A stretch of 64,000 nucleotides of DNA from an uncultured bacterium (GCA_903892035.1 CAITGV010000001.1:419310-483309), one strand, 5' to 3'. Counted from the stretch's first letter, positions 21,167 to 30,432 are shown. The notes: generated by a model not told the origin, from the sequence alone. A program made the numbers and translations.

Positions 21167-23011
21167 ATGGAAAAAATCTTGAAACTAGTAAGAACACTCC
21201 TGCTGGTTGCAGGATTATGTTCAGCGCATTTATCTGCGCAAACCCTGAGCGTGAATTCTCACGCTTATGGAACTTCTGCGAATGATGTAATTGGTTCGCC
21301 ATTGTTTACATCTACATCGTCGGTAATTAAAACTGCTGATGATAATGTTGTCATCGTTGGTACGATGGGAACCAAAGCATTTCTAAAAAAAATTGATACA
21401 AGTGGAAATGTTTTATTTACTACCCTAATTGGGGGTAATTCAAGTACTACATTTGGTACCAGTATTGTTCAAACGTCAGATAGTGGTTATGTAATCTCTG
21501 GTTACACATTGTGTGGTGACGGAGATTTTACAGGAAGTGGTTATCACTCAGGTAACTACGACGCGTTTCTTGCACGTTTTGATGTAAATGGAAGTTTGTT
21601 GTGGACGAAGTGTTATGGAGCAAGCCTTGACGACAAGGCAATAAAGCTTATAAAAACTTCAGATGGTGGTTTTGCCTTTGTTGGTGAAACAAACGATACA
21701 ACAAATATTTCAGGACCTGCTTGGTCTGGTGCTTTGTATCCAAATTATGATTTCTATGTGGTTAAAACTGACAGTACTGGAAATTTGGTTTGGCAAAAAC
21801 GTTTTGGAAGTAAAGGTGTCGATATTGCATTTGATATGACACAACGATCAGACGGTGGTTATGTATTGACTGGAAATACTGGAAGCAACACAACGAACTC
21901 TGGCAATATGACTGGATGTCATGGCGGTGGAGATGGTTGGGCTGTTTGGATTGATTCAGTTGGGACATTTGAGCAGCAGCAATGTTATGGTAGTAATTTA
22001 GCGGATGCAACCAATGGAATGTTTATACTTCCAATGGCTGGCAACAGATATGCACTACTAACAGACGCAACAAATTCAAATACTGGAACTTTTGGAAGTT
22101 TTACGCAATATGGTATGAAAAATATCATTTATTGCGTAATAGACAACACGGGTGCTGTTTTGAATGGACGTAGTTTTGGAAGCGATAGTATCGATGTTGC
22201 TTCCTCATTTCAAATGCTCAGTGATAGTAGTATGATTATTGCTGGAAAAACAAAAGCAGTGAACAGTCAACAGTTTACGGGAGGTCATGGGTTATATGAT
22301 GCATTTATAATGAATGTTAATAAAGCATTTACTCTTTCCTGGCAGAGACTAATTGGAGGAAGTGGTGATGATATTGGGGTTTCACTTATTCCTTATGGTG
22401 ACAGTGTGTATTTCCTTGTAGGGAATACATGGAGTCAGGATTATGATATTCCTCCAAATCAAGGTACTTCAATTAATTCGCTTGATATCTTTTTATCAAG
22501 AATCGAATTAATGCCTGATCATTCTCTTCCAGTCGAACTTACTAATTTTACAGCTTATGTTGTAAATGAAAAAAAAGTTCAGTGCAATTGGACAACTACA
22601 AGTGAAATCAATAATGATCATTTTACAATTCAAAGAACTGTAGATGGTATTCATTATGAAGATCTTGGGAAAATAGCTGGAGCTGGGAACAGTAACAGTT
22701 ATCGCAACTATGTTTTTTATGACGATGCGCCACTTTACGGAGTGTCATATTATCGTTTAAAGCAAACCGATTTTAATGGGCAATCAGAAATATTTAATCT
22801 GGTGCCCGTTGAAATTGGTTCTACTGCCACTACATTTAATGTTTGGCAGACCAATGGAGAACTTCATTGTTCTCCCGATGCGCACATAATCTTGATTACC
22901 GATATTCTAGGTAATCAGATTGATAATTTAACGGTACCAGGAATATACTTCATTACGTTGGAGTCTTCTGATACTAAGATCACAAAGCACATTAAGTTGC
23001 TTTGTAGATAA
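21167..23011 (+). CDS. Secreted beta-propeller-repeat protein with Bacteroidetes T9SS-cargo-like C-terminus
   Basis: Signal peptide ending LSAQ; repeated D..G...W....GG..DD...I..T.DGG; LPVELTNFTA, WTTTSEINNDHF, YYRLKQTDFNG, PGIYFI; start moved to ATG 21167. Confidence 0.8.
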   Translation: MEKILKLVRTLLLVAGLCSAHLSAQTLSVNSHAYGTSANDVIGSPLFTSTSSVIKTADDNVVIVGTMGTKAFLKKIDTSGNVLFTTLIGGNSSTTFGTSIVQTSDSGYVISGYTLCGDGDFTGSGYHSGNYDAFLARFDVNGSLLWTKCYGASLDDKAIKLIKTSDGGFAFVGETNDTTNISGPAWSGALYPNYDFYVVKTDSTGNLVWQKRFGSKGVDIAFDMTQRSDGGYVLTGNTGSNTTNSGNMTGCHGGGDGWAVWIDSVGTFEQQQCYGSNLADATNGMFILPMAGNRYALLTDATNSNTGTFGSFTQYGMKNIIYCVIDNTGAVLNGRSFGSDSIDVASSFQMLSDSSMIIAGKTKAVNSQQFTGGHGLYDAFIMNVNKAFTLSWQRLIGGSGDDIGVSLIPYGDSVYFLVGNTWSQDYDIPPNQGTSINSLDIFLSRIELMPDHSLPVELTNFTAYVVNEKKVQCNWTTTSEINNDHFTIQRTVDGIHYEDLGKIAGAGNSNSYRNYVFYDDAPLYGVSYYRLKQTDFNGQSEIFNLVPVEIGSTATTFNVWQTNGELHCSPDAHIILITDILGNQIDNLTVPGIYFITLESSDTKITKHIKLLCR

Positions 23012-23018
23012 CACATTG

Positions 23019-23057
23019 CAGTCCGCTTTTTCGAAAGAGAAAGTGGGCTGTTTTTTT
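23019..23057 (+). terminator. Intrinsic terminator
   Basis: CAGTCCGCTTT...AAAGTGGGCTG followed by T7. Confidence 0.7.
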
Positions 23058-23082
23058 ATGTATTTTAGTGTAATATGGTTAT

Positions 23083-23814
23083 ATGGAACAAGAACAAAAA
23101 GGACAATTACACCCGCTTACAATCCTTGCAAATGAGGCCATGGAAGTATTTTCTGAGATGGGCTTTGAGGTGGCTACGGGGCCTGAGCTTGAAACCGAGT
23201 GGTACAACTTCGACGTATTAAATGTTTCAAAAAATCATCCTGCTCGTGATATGCAAGATACATTTTGGATTAAACCCTCTCCTTTACAAGGAGAGGGTGA
23301 AGGGAGAGGTGAATTCGTTCTCCGTACTCACACAACTAGTGTTACGGCTCGAGCAATAGAGCAAGCCGGAAAAGATGGACGTATTCCTTGCGCTTTTATT
23401 TCTATCGGAAAAGTTTTTCGTAATGAATCGACAGATGCAACACATGAAATGCAATTTTTTCAGATTGATGGTGCGATGATTGGCGAAAATATAAATCTCG
23501 CAAATATGAAAGCAGTATTAATTAAATTTTATAAAAAAGCTCTTGGTGAAGATATTGAAATAGAATTTCGACCAAGTTTTTTTCCTTTTACAGAACCATC
23601 AGTCGAAGTCCATGCCAAATTTAATGGTAAATGGCTCGAGATGATGGGTGGAGGAATGATTCATCCACAAGTTTTAAAAAATCTTGGAATTGATTCAGAA
23701 AAATATCAAGGCTTTGCTTTTGGTGGAGGACTCGACCGTATCGCAATGATTCGCTGGAATATTCCCGATGTCCGTCTTTTTTATCAAGGTGATCTTCGTC
23801 TTAATCAATTTTAA
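23083..23814 (+). CDS. pheS: Phenylalanine--tRNA ligase alpha subunit (lacks N-terminal coiled coil)
   Basis: HPARDMQDTF, LRTHT, FRNE..DATH, FPFTEPS, GLDRIAM. Confidence 0.96.
   Translation: MEQEQKGQLHPLTILANEAMEVFSEMGFEVATGPELETEWYNFDVLNVSKNHPARDMQDTFWIKPSPLQGEGEGRGEFVLRTHTTSVTARAIEQAGKDGRIPCAFISIGKVFRNESTDATHEMQFFQIDGAMIGENINLANMKAVLIKFYKKALGEDIEIEFRPSFFPFTEPSVEVHAKFNGKWLEMMGGGMIHPQVLKNLGIDSEKYQGFAFGGGLDRIAMIRWNIPDVRLFYQGDLRLNQF
23274..23310 (+). repeat. Family A in-frame element in pheS (PSPLQGEGEGRG)
   Basis: ACCCTCTCCTT-TAC-AAGGAGAGGGT-GAAGGGAGAGGT between DTFWI and LRTHT. Confidence 0.9.
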
Positions 23815-23817
23815 CTT

Positions 23818-25743
23818 ATGAAAATTTCTTACAATTGGCTCAAATGGTATACACCCGACGCACCTACTCCAGAAAAACTGGCGGATATTTTTACATATCA
23901 TTTGACGGAAGTCGAGTCCGTCACCCCCTCGCCTTTACAAGGAGAGGCCGTAGACAGGAGTCTATCAATTTCAGATAGACGGGCAGGGGGAGAGGTAATT
24001 TTTGATTTAAATATTTTACCAAACCGAGCTCACGATTTGCTTTCACATCAGGGCATAGCACGTGAACTTGCAGGACAATTGGAAATTCCTTTCAATGACC
24101 CAACTTCTAAATACAAGATCCCCGCCGTCGCTAAAGCTTTGGTGGGCAAGCAAGAATTAAATATTAATATTCAAACTCCAAATTGTCGCCGTTATATGGG
24201 GCGTATTGTTCGTGGAATAAAAGTCGGTCCTTCACCAGACTGGGTTGTAAAACATCTGGAATCAATTGGCCAGCGAAGTATAAACAACATCGTCGATGCG
24301 ACAAATATTGTAATGTTTGACTGCGGACAGCCATGTCATGCTTTTGATTTGCGCAAAATAAAAGATTCAAAAATTGAAGTTGGACCTGCTCAAGATGGAA
24401 AAGAATTGGAATTACTTGGTTCAGAGAAAATTGTTGCGAAACTAAAAAATACCGATACGGTGATTGCAACTCCCTCGCCTTTACAAGGAGAGGGTCGGGG
24501 AGAGGTGCTTGCTCTTGCTGGTGTGAAGGGTGGTACAAATTCTGGTATTGCCCTAGATACAACTGAAATAGTTCTTGAAGTCGCAAATTTTGATTCGACA
24601 GCAGTGCGCAAGACTGCACGTAGGCTTGGAATTCTTTCTGATGCAGCAAAAAGATTTGAAAATGATTTATCTCCAGAGCTTTGTGATTTTGCAATGCTTG
24701 AACTTTCAGCTTTGATCGCGGAAGTTGCCTGTCCTGAGCGACCGGAGGGAGTCGAATGGGAAGAAATTATAGATGAGTATCCTGTAAAACAAACAGAAAG
24801 AAAAATAGAAATTTCTACAGAATTAATAAATAAAAAACTTGGTACAGATTTTAGTATAGATGAAATTGAAAATGTTTGGAAGAGATATAATTTTAAATAT
24901 GAAAAAAATGAAAGTTCTTTTACTATCACTCCATCAGCGTTACGCCTTGATTTAGTAATTCCAGAAGATTTAGTCGAAGAAGTGGGAAGAATTTTAGGCT
25001 ATGACAAAGTTGTGCCAGTACTTCCTAAAATTAATTTTACCCCTAAAATAAATGAAACTTGGACAAAGATTGCAAGTGCTCGCAACAAACTTATCGCTGA
25101 CGGATATAGAGAAGTGATGACTTATGCTTTTACTGACAAAGGTGATGTACAAGTACTTGCAAGTGCGAGTGATAAAAAATATTTGAGAACAAATATTTCT
25201 GAAGGTTTGAAAAAAAGTATTGCACTCAATCAGATCAACGCACCTTTGCTTGGTATAGATAAAGTAAAAGTTTTTGAAATTGGAACAGTTTTTTCTAAAG
25301 GTAAAGAAATTGTAAATTTAGCATATGGAGATAAAAAAAATGTGACTGAAGTTACCCTAGATGAATATATAAATACAACCCCACCTAACCTCCCCTTGTC
25401 AGGGAAGGAAACTGCTGTGCATTCTATTCCCCCTGATAAGAGGGATAAAGGGGGTTTTTTCAAAATGTGGAGCGCCTTCCCATTCATTTCTCGAGACATT
25501 GCTCTCTGGGTTCCAGCAGACACGAGTGCAGAAAGTGTTGCTGAAGTTATCAATAAAGATATTGGCGACTTGCTCGTAAAAGGTCCCGACATGTTTGACC
25601 AGTTCAAAAAGGAAGACAAGCAAAGCTATGCTTTTCGTCTCGTTTTCCAATCCTTCGACCGCACGCTGACCGACGAAGAAATCAATCCTATAATGGAATC
25701 TATTACCAAAAGAATAGGGGAAAATGGTTGGATGGTGCGCTAA
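23818..25743 (+). CDS. pheT: Phenylalanine--tRNA ligase beta subunit (shortened, with five insertion sites)
   Basis: PNRAHDLLSHQGIARE, INNIVDATN, GQPCHAFD, DLVEEVGRI.GYD, RDIA, RTLTDEEI. Confidence 0.95.
   Translation: MKISYNWLKWYTPDAPTPEKLADIFTYHLTEVESVTPSPLQGEAVDRSLSISDRRAGGEVIFDLNILPNRAHDLLSHQGIARELAGQLEIPFNDPTSKYKIPAVAKALVGKQELNINIQTPNCRRYMGRIVRGIKVGPSPDWVVKHLESIGQRSINNIVDATNIVMFDCGQPCHAFDLRKIKDSKIEVGPAQDGKELELLGSEKIVAKLKNTDTVIATPSPLQGEGRGEVLALAGVKGGTNSGIALDTTEIVLEVANFDSTAVRKTARRLGILSDAAKRFENDLSPELCDFAMLELSALIAEVACPERPEGVEWEEIIDEYPVKQTERKIEISTELINKKLGTDFSIDEIENVWKRYNFKYEKNESSFTITPSALRLDLVIPEDLVEEVGRILGYDKVVPVLPKINFTPKINETWTKIASARNKLIADGYREVMTYAFTDKGDVQVLASASDKKYLRTNISEGLKKSIALNQINAPLLGIDKVKVFEIGTVFSKGKEIVNLAYGDKKNVTEVTLDEYINTTPPNLPLSGKETAVHSIPPDKRDKGGFFKMWSAFPFISRDIALWVPADTSAESVAEVINKDIGDLLVKGPDMFDQFKKEDKQSYAFRLVFQSFDRTLTDEEINPIMESITKRIGENGWMVR
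23923..23996 (+). repeat. Family A element in pheT interrupted by a second hairpin element (nested)
   Basis: CCCTCGCCTTTACAAGGAGAGG [CCGTAGACAGGA-GTCTATC-AATTTCA-GATAGAC-GG] GCAGGGGGAGAGGT. Confidence 0.85.
24121..24150 (+). repeat. Family C in-frame element in pheT (PAVAKALVGK)
   Basis: CCCGCCGTCGCTAAAGCTTTGGTGGGCAAG; 22/27 identical to the gyrB copy at 27673. Confidence 0.8.
24469..24506 (+). repeat. Family A in-frame element in pheT (TPSPLQGEGRGEV)
   Basis: ACTCCCTCGCCTTTACAAGGAGAGGGTCGGGGAGAGGT. Confidence 0.9.
24727..24759 (+). repeat. Family B in-frame element in pheT (ACPERPEGVEW)
   Basis: GCCTGTCCTGAGCGA-CCGGAGGG-AGTCGAATGG; matches the reverse complement of the kbl copy at 37128. 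Confidence 0.75.
25377..25456 (+). repeat. Inverted doublet of family A-like (CCCCT-GATAAG-GGG) elements in pheT
   Basis: AACCCCACCTAACCTCCCCTTGTCAGGGAAGGA ... TTCCCCCTGATAAGAGGGATAAAGGGGGTT, encoding PPNLPLSGKE...IPPDKRDKGG. Confidence 0.75.
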
Positions 25744-25800
25744 AATAAGTTATTTTAGCCCTTTCTTTACGTACATTTTTTTGCTATAATAGACACATAA

Positions 25801-27936
25801 ATGGCTAAAGATAATTCAAAAAACGACACTAAAAAAGCCCCTAAGAAAGAGGGCTCTTATGGTGCAGATGAGATTTCAGTTTTGGAAGGCTTGGAGCCGG
25901 TGCGCAAGCGCCCTGGAATGTATATTGGTTCTACTGGTCCAGATGGTTTGCACCATTTGATATGGGAAATTTTCGACAACTCGCGCGATGAAGCGATGGG
26001 AGGTTTTTGTGATCGTATAGAAGTCACAATTCTTCCAGGTGACACTGTACGCGTCGTGGACAACGGTCGCGGTATTCCAGTAGATATTCATTCAAAAACA
26101 AAAGTTTCTGCCCTCGAAACTGTCATGACGACACTGCACGCAGGAGGAAAATTTGGTGGTGAGGGTTCTGGTTATAAAGTTTCAGGAGGACTTCATGGCG
26201 TGGGAGCATCTGTTGTAAATGCACTTTCAATTTATACAAAAGCAGAAATTCATCGTGATGGTGGAAAATTTATTCAAGAATATTCTCAAGGAAAAAAGAA
26301 AGCAAATGTGAAAAAAATTGGTTCATCGAAACTTCACGGTACTATCATTACTTTCAAACCAGATGCAGAAATTTTTAAAGAGGGAACAACTTTCAATTGG
26401 AATACTATTGTTGGTCATTTGCGACAACAAGCATATTTGGTAAAAGGTTTGAAAATTACAATAATTGATGCTCGTGAAATTGATCCAAAAGTTTTACTAG
26501 GGGGCAAAGGTATGGAGAGTCTCGATGAAGTATTTTATTTTTCAGAAATGAATCTCGAAGTTCCTTCATATTCATTTTATTTTGAAGGGGGACTCGTATC
26601 TCTAGTAGCTTTTTACAATAAAGGACAAAAGGCAGTTCAAGATACAATTTTTTATGTTGAAAAAGAAGTCGATGGTGTTGGTGTAGAAGTCGCACTTCAA
26701 TATATAGATGATATTTCTACAAAGATAGTTCCATTTGCAAACAATATTTACAATCCCGAAGGTGGTACACACGTCACAGGTTTCAAGACTGCGCTCACTC
26801 GTCTTCTAAATACTTACGGCAAGAAAAATAATTTTATAAAAGAATCCGACGGTGGTTTTACTGGAGATGATGTGCTCGAAGGACTCACTGCTGTTATTTC
26901 TGTGAAGCTTCGTGAAATTCAATTTGAAGGCCAGACAAAAGCAAAATTGGGTTCTATGGAAGCGCAGGGTGCAACAGCTACAGCATTTGGTGATGCTTTC
27001 GCATCATTCCTAGAAGAGAATCCAGATGAAGCAAAACAAATTGTAAACAAAGCAATTCTTGCAGTGCGTGCTCGCAAAGCCGCAAAGGCTGCAAAGGATT
27101 CAATACTACGCAAAGGAGCGCTAGAAGGAATGACTCTTCCTGGAAAGCTTGCCGACTGTCAAACAAAAAATGCTGAAGAATCTGAAGTCTTCATCGTTGA
27201 GGGAGATTCTGCTGGAGGTACTGCAAAGACTGGGCGTGATCGTCGCACACAAGCGATACTTCCACTTCGTGGAAAAATTCTAAACATTGAGCGCGCGCGT
27301 CTAGACAAAATGCTCGCTTCAGAACAAATTAAAAATTTGGTTATTGCAATGGGAACAGCAATAGGCGACACTTTTGATATTTCAAAACTCCGCTATCATA
27401 AAATAATAATAGCGACAGATGCCGACGTGGACGGAGCGCACATTCGTACTCTTATTTTGACTTTGCTTTACAGATATTTCAAACCAATTATCGATGGCGG
27501 ATATATCTACATTGCCCAACCACCACTTTATAAAATAAAGAAAGGTAAAGAAATTATGTACGCTTACTCTGATGAAGAGCGTGACAAATTTATAGGTAAA
27601 GATGGTCCAAGTTTGGAAGAATTACTTTCACAATCTGAAGAAGACGAAATAGAAGCTGAAAATACTGACGAACCCGCCTCCGCTAAAGCTTCGACGGGCG
27701 AAGGAAAAGCAAAGACTGCAAAGATTCACATTCAACGTTACAAAGGTCTCGGAGAAATGAATGCCGAAGAACTTTGGGAAACAACAATGGACCCTGCTCG
27801 CCGAATTCTCAAGCAAGTCAACATAGATGACGCTGTTGAAGCCGACAAAGTTTTTGATATGCTAATGGGCTCCGACGTCGCTCCTCGTAAATCTTTCATT
27901 CAAACTCACGCTAAGATGGCAGAGATTGATATCTAG
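25801..27936 (+). CDS. gyrB: DNA gyrase subunit B
   Basis: VRKRPGMYIG, GGLHGVGASVVNALS, VEGDSAGG, PLRGK, DADVDG, QRYKGLGEM. Confidence 0.97.
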   Translation: MAKDNSKNDTKKAPKKEGSYGADEISVLEGLEPVRKRPGMYIGSTGPDGLHHLIWEIFDNSRDEAMGGFCDRIEVTILPGDTVRVVDNGRGIPVDIHSKTKVSALETVMTTLHAGGKFGGEGSGYKVSGGLHGVGASVVNALSIYTKAEIHRDGGKFIQEYSQGKKKANVKKIGSSKLHGTIITFKPDAEIFKEGTTFNWNTIVGHLRQQAYLVKGLKITIIDAREIDPKVLLGGKGMESLDEVFYFSEMNLEVPSYSFYFEGGLVSLVAFYNKGQKAVQDTIFYVEKEVDGVGVEVALQYIDDISTKIVPFANNIYNPEGGTHVTGFKTALTRLLNTYGKKNNFIKESDGGFTGDDVLEGLTAVISVKLREIQFEGQTKAKLGSMEAQGATATAFGDAFASFLEENPDEAKQIVNKAILAVRARKAAKAAKDSILRKGALEGMTLPGKLADCQTKNAEESEVFIVEGDSAGGTAKTGRDRRTQAILPLRGKILNIERARLDKMLASEQIKNLVIAMGTAIGDTFDISKLRYHKIIIATDADVDGAHIRTLILTLLYRYFKPIIDGGYIYIAQPPLYKIKKGKEIMYAYSDEERDKFIGKDGPSLEELLSQSEEDEIEAENTDEPASAKASTGEGKAKTAKIHIQRYKGLGEMNAEELWETTMDPARRILKQVNIDDAVEADKVFDMLMGSDVAPRKSFIQTHAKMAEIDI
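27673..27703 (+). repeat. Family C in-frame element in gyrB (PASAKASTGE)
   Basis: CCCGCCTCCGCTAAAGCTTCGACGGGCGAAG in the variable linker before QRYKG. Confidence 0.8.
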
Positions 27937-27955
27937 GTTTTTAGTTAATTTTTTC

Positions 27956-27974
27956 CCACAGGCCTTGCCTGTGG
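27956..27974. repeat. REP-like hairpin upstream of the Y1 transposase
   Basis: CCACAGGC-CTT-GCCTGTGG, compensatory variant of the two copies at 28267 and 28672. Confidence 0.7.
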
Positions 27975-28000
27975 TTTTGTGTATGTAATATAATATCATT

Positions 28001-28678
28001 ATGAGTATTCGAAATACACCTTTTGTTTCAGGTGAGTATTATCATATATATAATCGTGGTAATGGAAAACACGAAATATTTTTAGATGATGAAGATTATG
28101 ATCGATTTATAAAATTACTTTATGTTTGTAACTCTGAAAAGAAATTTGTGTTTAGAGATTCAATAACAGATATTGGTATTGATGCTTTTGATTTTGAAAG
28201 GGAAGAACCTCTTGTTTCGATTATATCTTGGGTACTCATGCCAAATCATTTCCATATATTTCTTATTTCCCATAGGTCCGACCTATGGGAAGAAGATTAT
28301 AATCCGATTACAGAATTTATGAGAAAGTTATCAACTGCGTATGCTATGTATTTTAATAAAAAATATGGGAGGTCGGGGTCTTTGTTTGAAGGGAAATTTA
28401 AATCGAAACATGTTGAACAGGATAGTTATTTTAATTATCTTTTTGCTTACATACATCTGAATCCAATAAAATTGATTCAGTCAGACTGGAAAGAAAAGGG
28501 TATTAAAAATCCACAACAGGCGAGAGAATATTTATCAGAATATAAATATTCTAGTTTTCAAGATTATTTTGGTAAAGAAAGAAAAGAAGGAAAAATAATT
28601 GACATGAAAAATATTACAAAAGAAATCCAAAATGCTCACATAAAAGAACTTTTTGAGTGGATTGCTATTTCCCCATAG
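28001..28678 (+). mobile_element. REP-associated tyrosine transposase (RAYT/TnpA-REP, Y1 HUH family)
   Basis: YHIYNRG, LMPNHFH (HUH), GSLFEGKF, YIHLNP (catalytic Tyr), YKYSS; flanked by and containing hairpins. Confidence 0.9.
28267..28291. repeat. REP-like hairpin in frame inside the transposase (SHRSDLWE)
   Basis: TTCCCATAGGT-CCG-ACCTATGGGAA. Confidence 0.9.
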
Positions 28679-28694
28679 GTCCGACCTATGGGAA
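28672..28694. repeat. REP-like hairpin supplying the transposase stop codon
   Basis: CCCATAGGT-CCG-ACCTATGGGAA, identical core to 28269-28291; TAG at 28676-28678. Confidence 0.9.
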
Positions 28695-28695
28695 T

Positions 28696-30432
28696 TTACA
28701 AACTTCTGTTTTTTATTTCAGTTTCAAGTCGTTCGATAAATTGTTCGATAGAGATATCGACGAGTTTTTCGGTGCGAGTTTCGACGGTGAGGGCACCGGA
28801 AGCAATTTCTTTGTCACCGAGCACGATGACGTAGGGGACTTTTTGCGCTTTTGCACCGTTGATGCGCTTGCCAAGAGAATCTTTGCCCGCGTCGAGTTTT
28901 GCGCGTATGCCTTTTTCCTTGAGAGCGGAAAGCATTTTTTGTCCGTAGTCTTCGTGATTCTCGCGAACCGGTACTATTGCAACCTGGGTCGGGCAAAGCC
29001 AAACAGGGAAAAGGCCGGCAAGGTGTTCAATGAGTGTCGACATGAAGCGCTCGATGGAGCCCATGATTGCGGCATGAATCATTACAACTTGTTCTTTCTC
29101 GCCCTTTTCATTTACACAGGTGAGCCCAAAGTTTTTTGGTTGATTGAAGTCGAGTTGAATAGTTGCAACTTGTAGAACTCTTCCAATTGAATCTTTTGCA
29201 ATGAAGTCTATCTTTGGTCCGTAAAATGCAGCTTCGCCGAGCCCATCGATCCATGTTACTCCTTTACCTTCCATTAGTTTTTGGAGCGCATATTCTGCTT
29301 TTTCCCAAGATGCGGGGTCACCCAAATATTTTTCCGGAGTTTTTGGATCATGGCGAGAAAAACGTACCTGAAGATTGAATCCAAATGTTCCATAAAATTT
29401 TTCAATTATATCCCAAATTGCAAGAGCCTCATTCTCAATTTGATTTTCACGACAGAAAACGTGAGCATCATCTTGTGTAATAGAAAGAACACGTGAAAGC
29501 CCAGAAAGTTCACCTGACTGTTCATCACGGTATACCATTGTGGTTTCCGCATAACGCTGTGGCATATCTCTATAACTTCGAAGTTCACTATCAAATATTT
29601 GTGTGTGGTGCGGGCAATTCATTGGCTTCATTGCGTAAAGATGGTCTTCACGTGTGTGAATTTTAAATAAATCATCAGCATATTTTGCCCAGTGTCCAGA
29701 TGTTTCGTAAAGTTCCTTTTTTGTTATATGAGGAATTGTAACTTTTTCATATCCGCGTTCACGACGAAGTTCCCAAACAAAATCATTTAGTGCTTCGCGA
29801 ATCATTGTTCCTTTTGGAGTCCAAAGTGGAAGTCCGGGACCAACGAGTTCAGAAAAAACAAAAAGACCAAGTTCTTTTCCAATTTTTCTATGGTCGCGTT
29901 TTTTTGCTTCTTCTTGTTGAGTGATATATGCGTCGAGTTCTGCTTGGGTGGGAAATGCAAGACCATAAACACGAGTCAGCATTTTATTTTTCTCACTTCC
30001 ACGCCAATATGCACCTGCGACACGTTCGAGTTTCCAACCAATATTTTTCAAATCTTCTGCAGGATTTTCACTGTGTCCACCTTTACATAAATCTGTAAAA
30101 TTTCCCGCGCTGTATGCTGTAAGACCCGAATCTTTGTGTTCATTAATTAATTCAAGTTTGTATTCATTTTCGGCAAACATTTTCTGTGCTTCTTCTAAGG
30201 AAATATCATTGCCAGACATACTAGTCCAACTAGTTAGCATTTCACGCATTTTTTTCTCGATTTTTACCAAGTCTTCATCTGTGATTTTTCCAGCAACATC
30301 GGTGTCATAGTAAAAACCATTATCAATTGCAGGACCTAGTGTGAGTTTTGAATTTGGGTAGAGCTCTAGAATGGCTGCACCTAAAAGATGGGCAAGAGTA
30401 TGGCGATTTGCTTGTAATTGTTCAGGGATCAT
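28696..30432 (-). CDS. thrS: Threonine--tRNA ligase
   Basis: RHTLAHLL, DLCKGGH, RDHRKIG, KPMNCPHH, AFYGPKIDF, GSIERF; start moved to ATG 30432 because the longer ORF overlaps a tRNA. Confidence 0.97.
   Translation of the reverse strand: MIPEQLQANRHTLAHLLGAAILELYPNSKLTLGPAIDNGFYYDTDVAGKITDEDLVKIEKKMREMLTSWTSMSGNDISLEEAQKMFAENEYKLELINEHKDSGLTAYSAGNFTDLCKGGHSENPAEDLKNIGWKLERVAGAYWRGSEKNKMLTRVYGLAFPTQAELDAYITQQEEAKKRDHRKIGKELGLFVFSELVGPGLPLWTPKGTMIREALNDFVWELRRERGYEKVTIPHITKKELYETSGHWAKYADDLFKIHTREDHLYAMKPMNCPHHTQIFDSELRSYRDMPQRYAETTMVYRDEQSGELSGLSRVLSITQDDAHVFCRENQIENEALAIWDIIEKFYGTFGFNLQVRFSRHDPKTPEKYLGDPASWEKAEYALQKLMEGKGVTWIDGLGEAAFYGPKIDFIAKDSIGRVLQVATIQLDFNQPKNFGLTCVNEKGEKEQVVMIHAAIMGSIERFMSTLIEHLAGLFPVWLCPTQVAIVPVRENHEDYGQKMLSALKEKGIRAKLDAGKDSLGKRINGAKAQKVPYVIVLGDKEIASGALTVETRTEKLVDISIEQFIERLETEIKNRSL

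Noticed and set aside
26470-26570. Extra segment in GyrB (IDPKVLLGG...NLEVPS) as another palindromic insert
   Set aside because: No self-complementarity or similarity to the repeat families; more likely a lineage-specific loop.
28657-29175. 172-aa plus-strand ORF, and similar shadow ORFs such as 24390-24929, 40697-41263 and 59882-60364
   Set aside because: Antisense to well-supported genes and without recognisable motifs.
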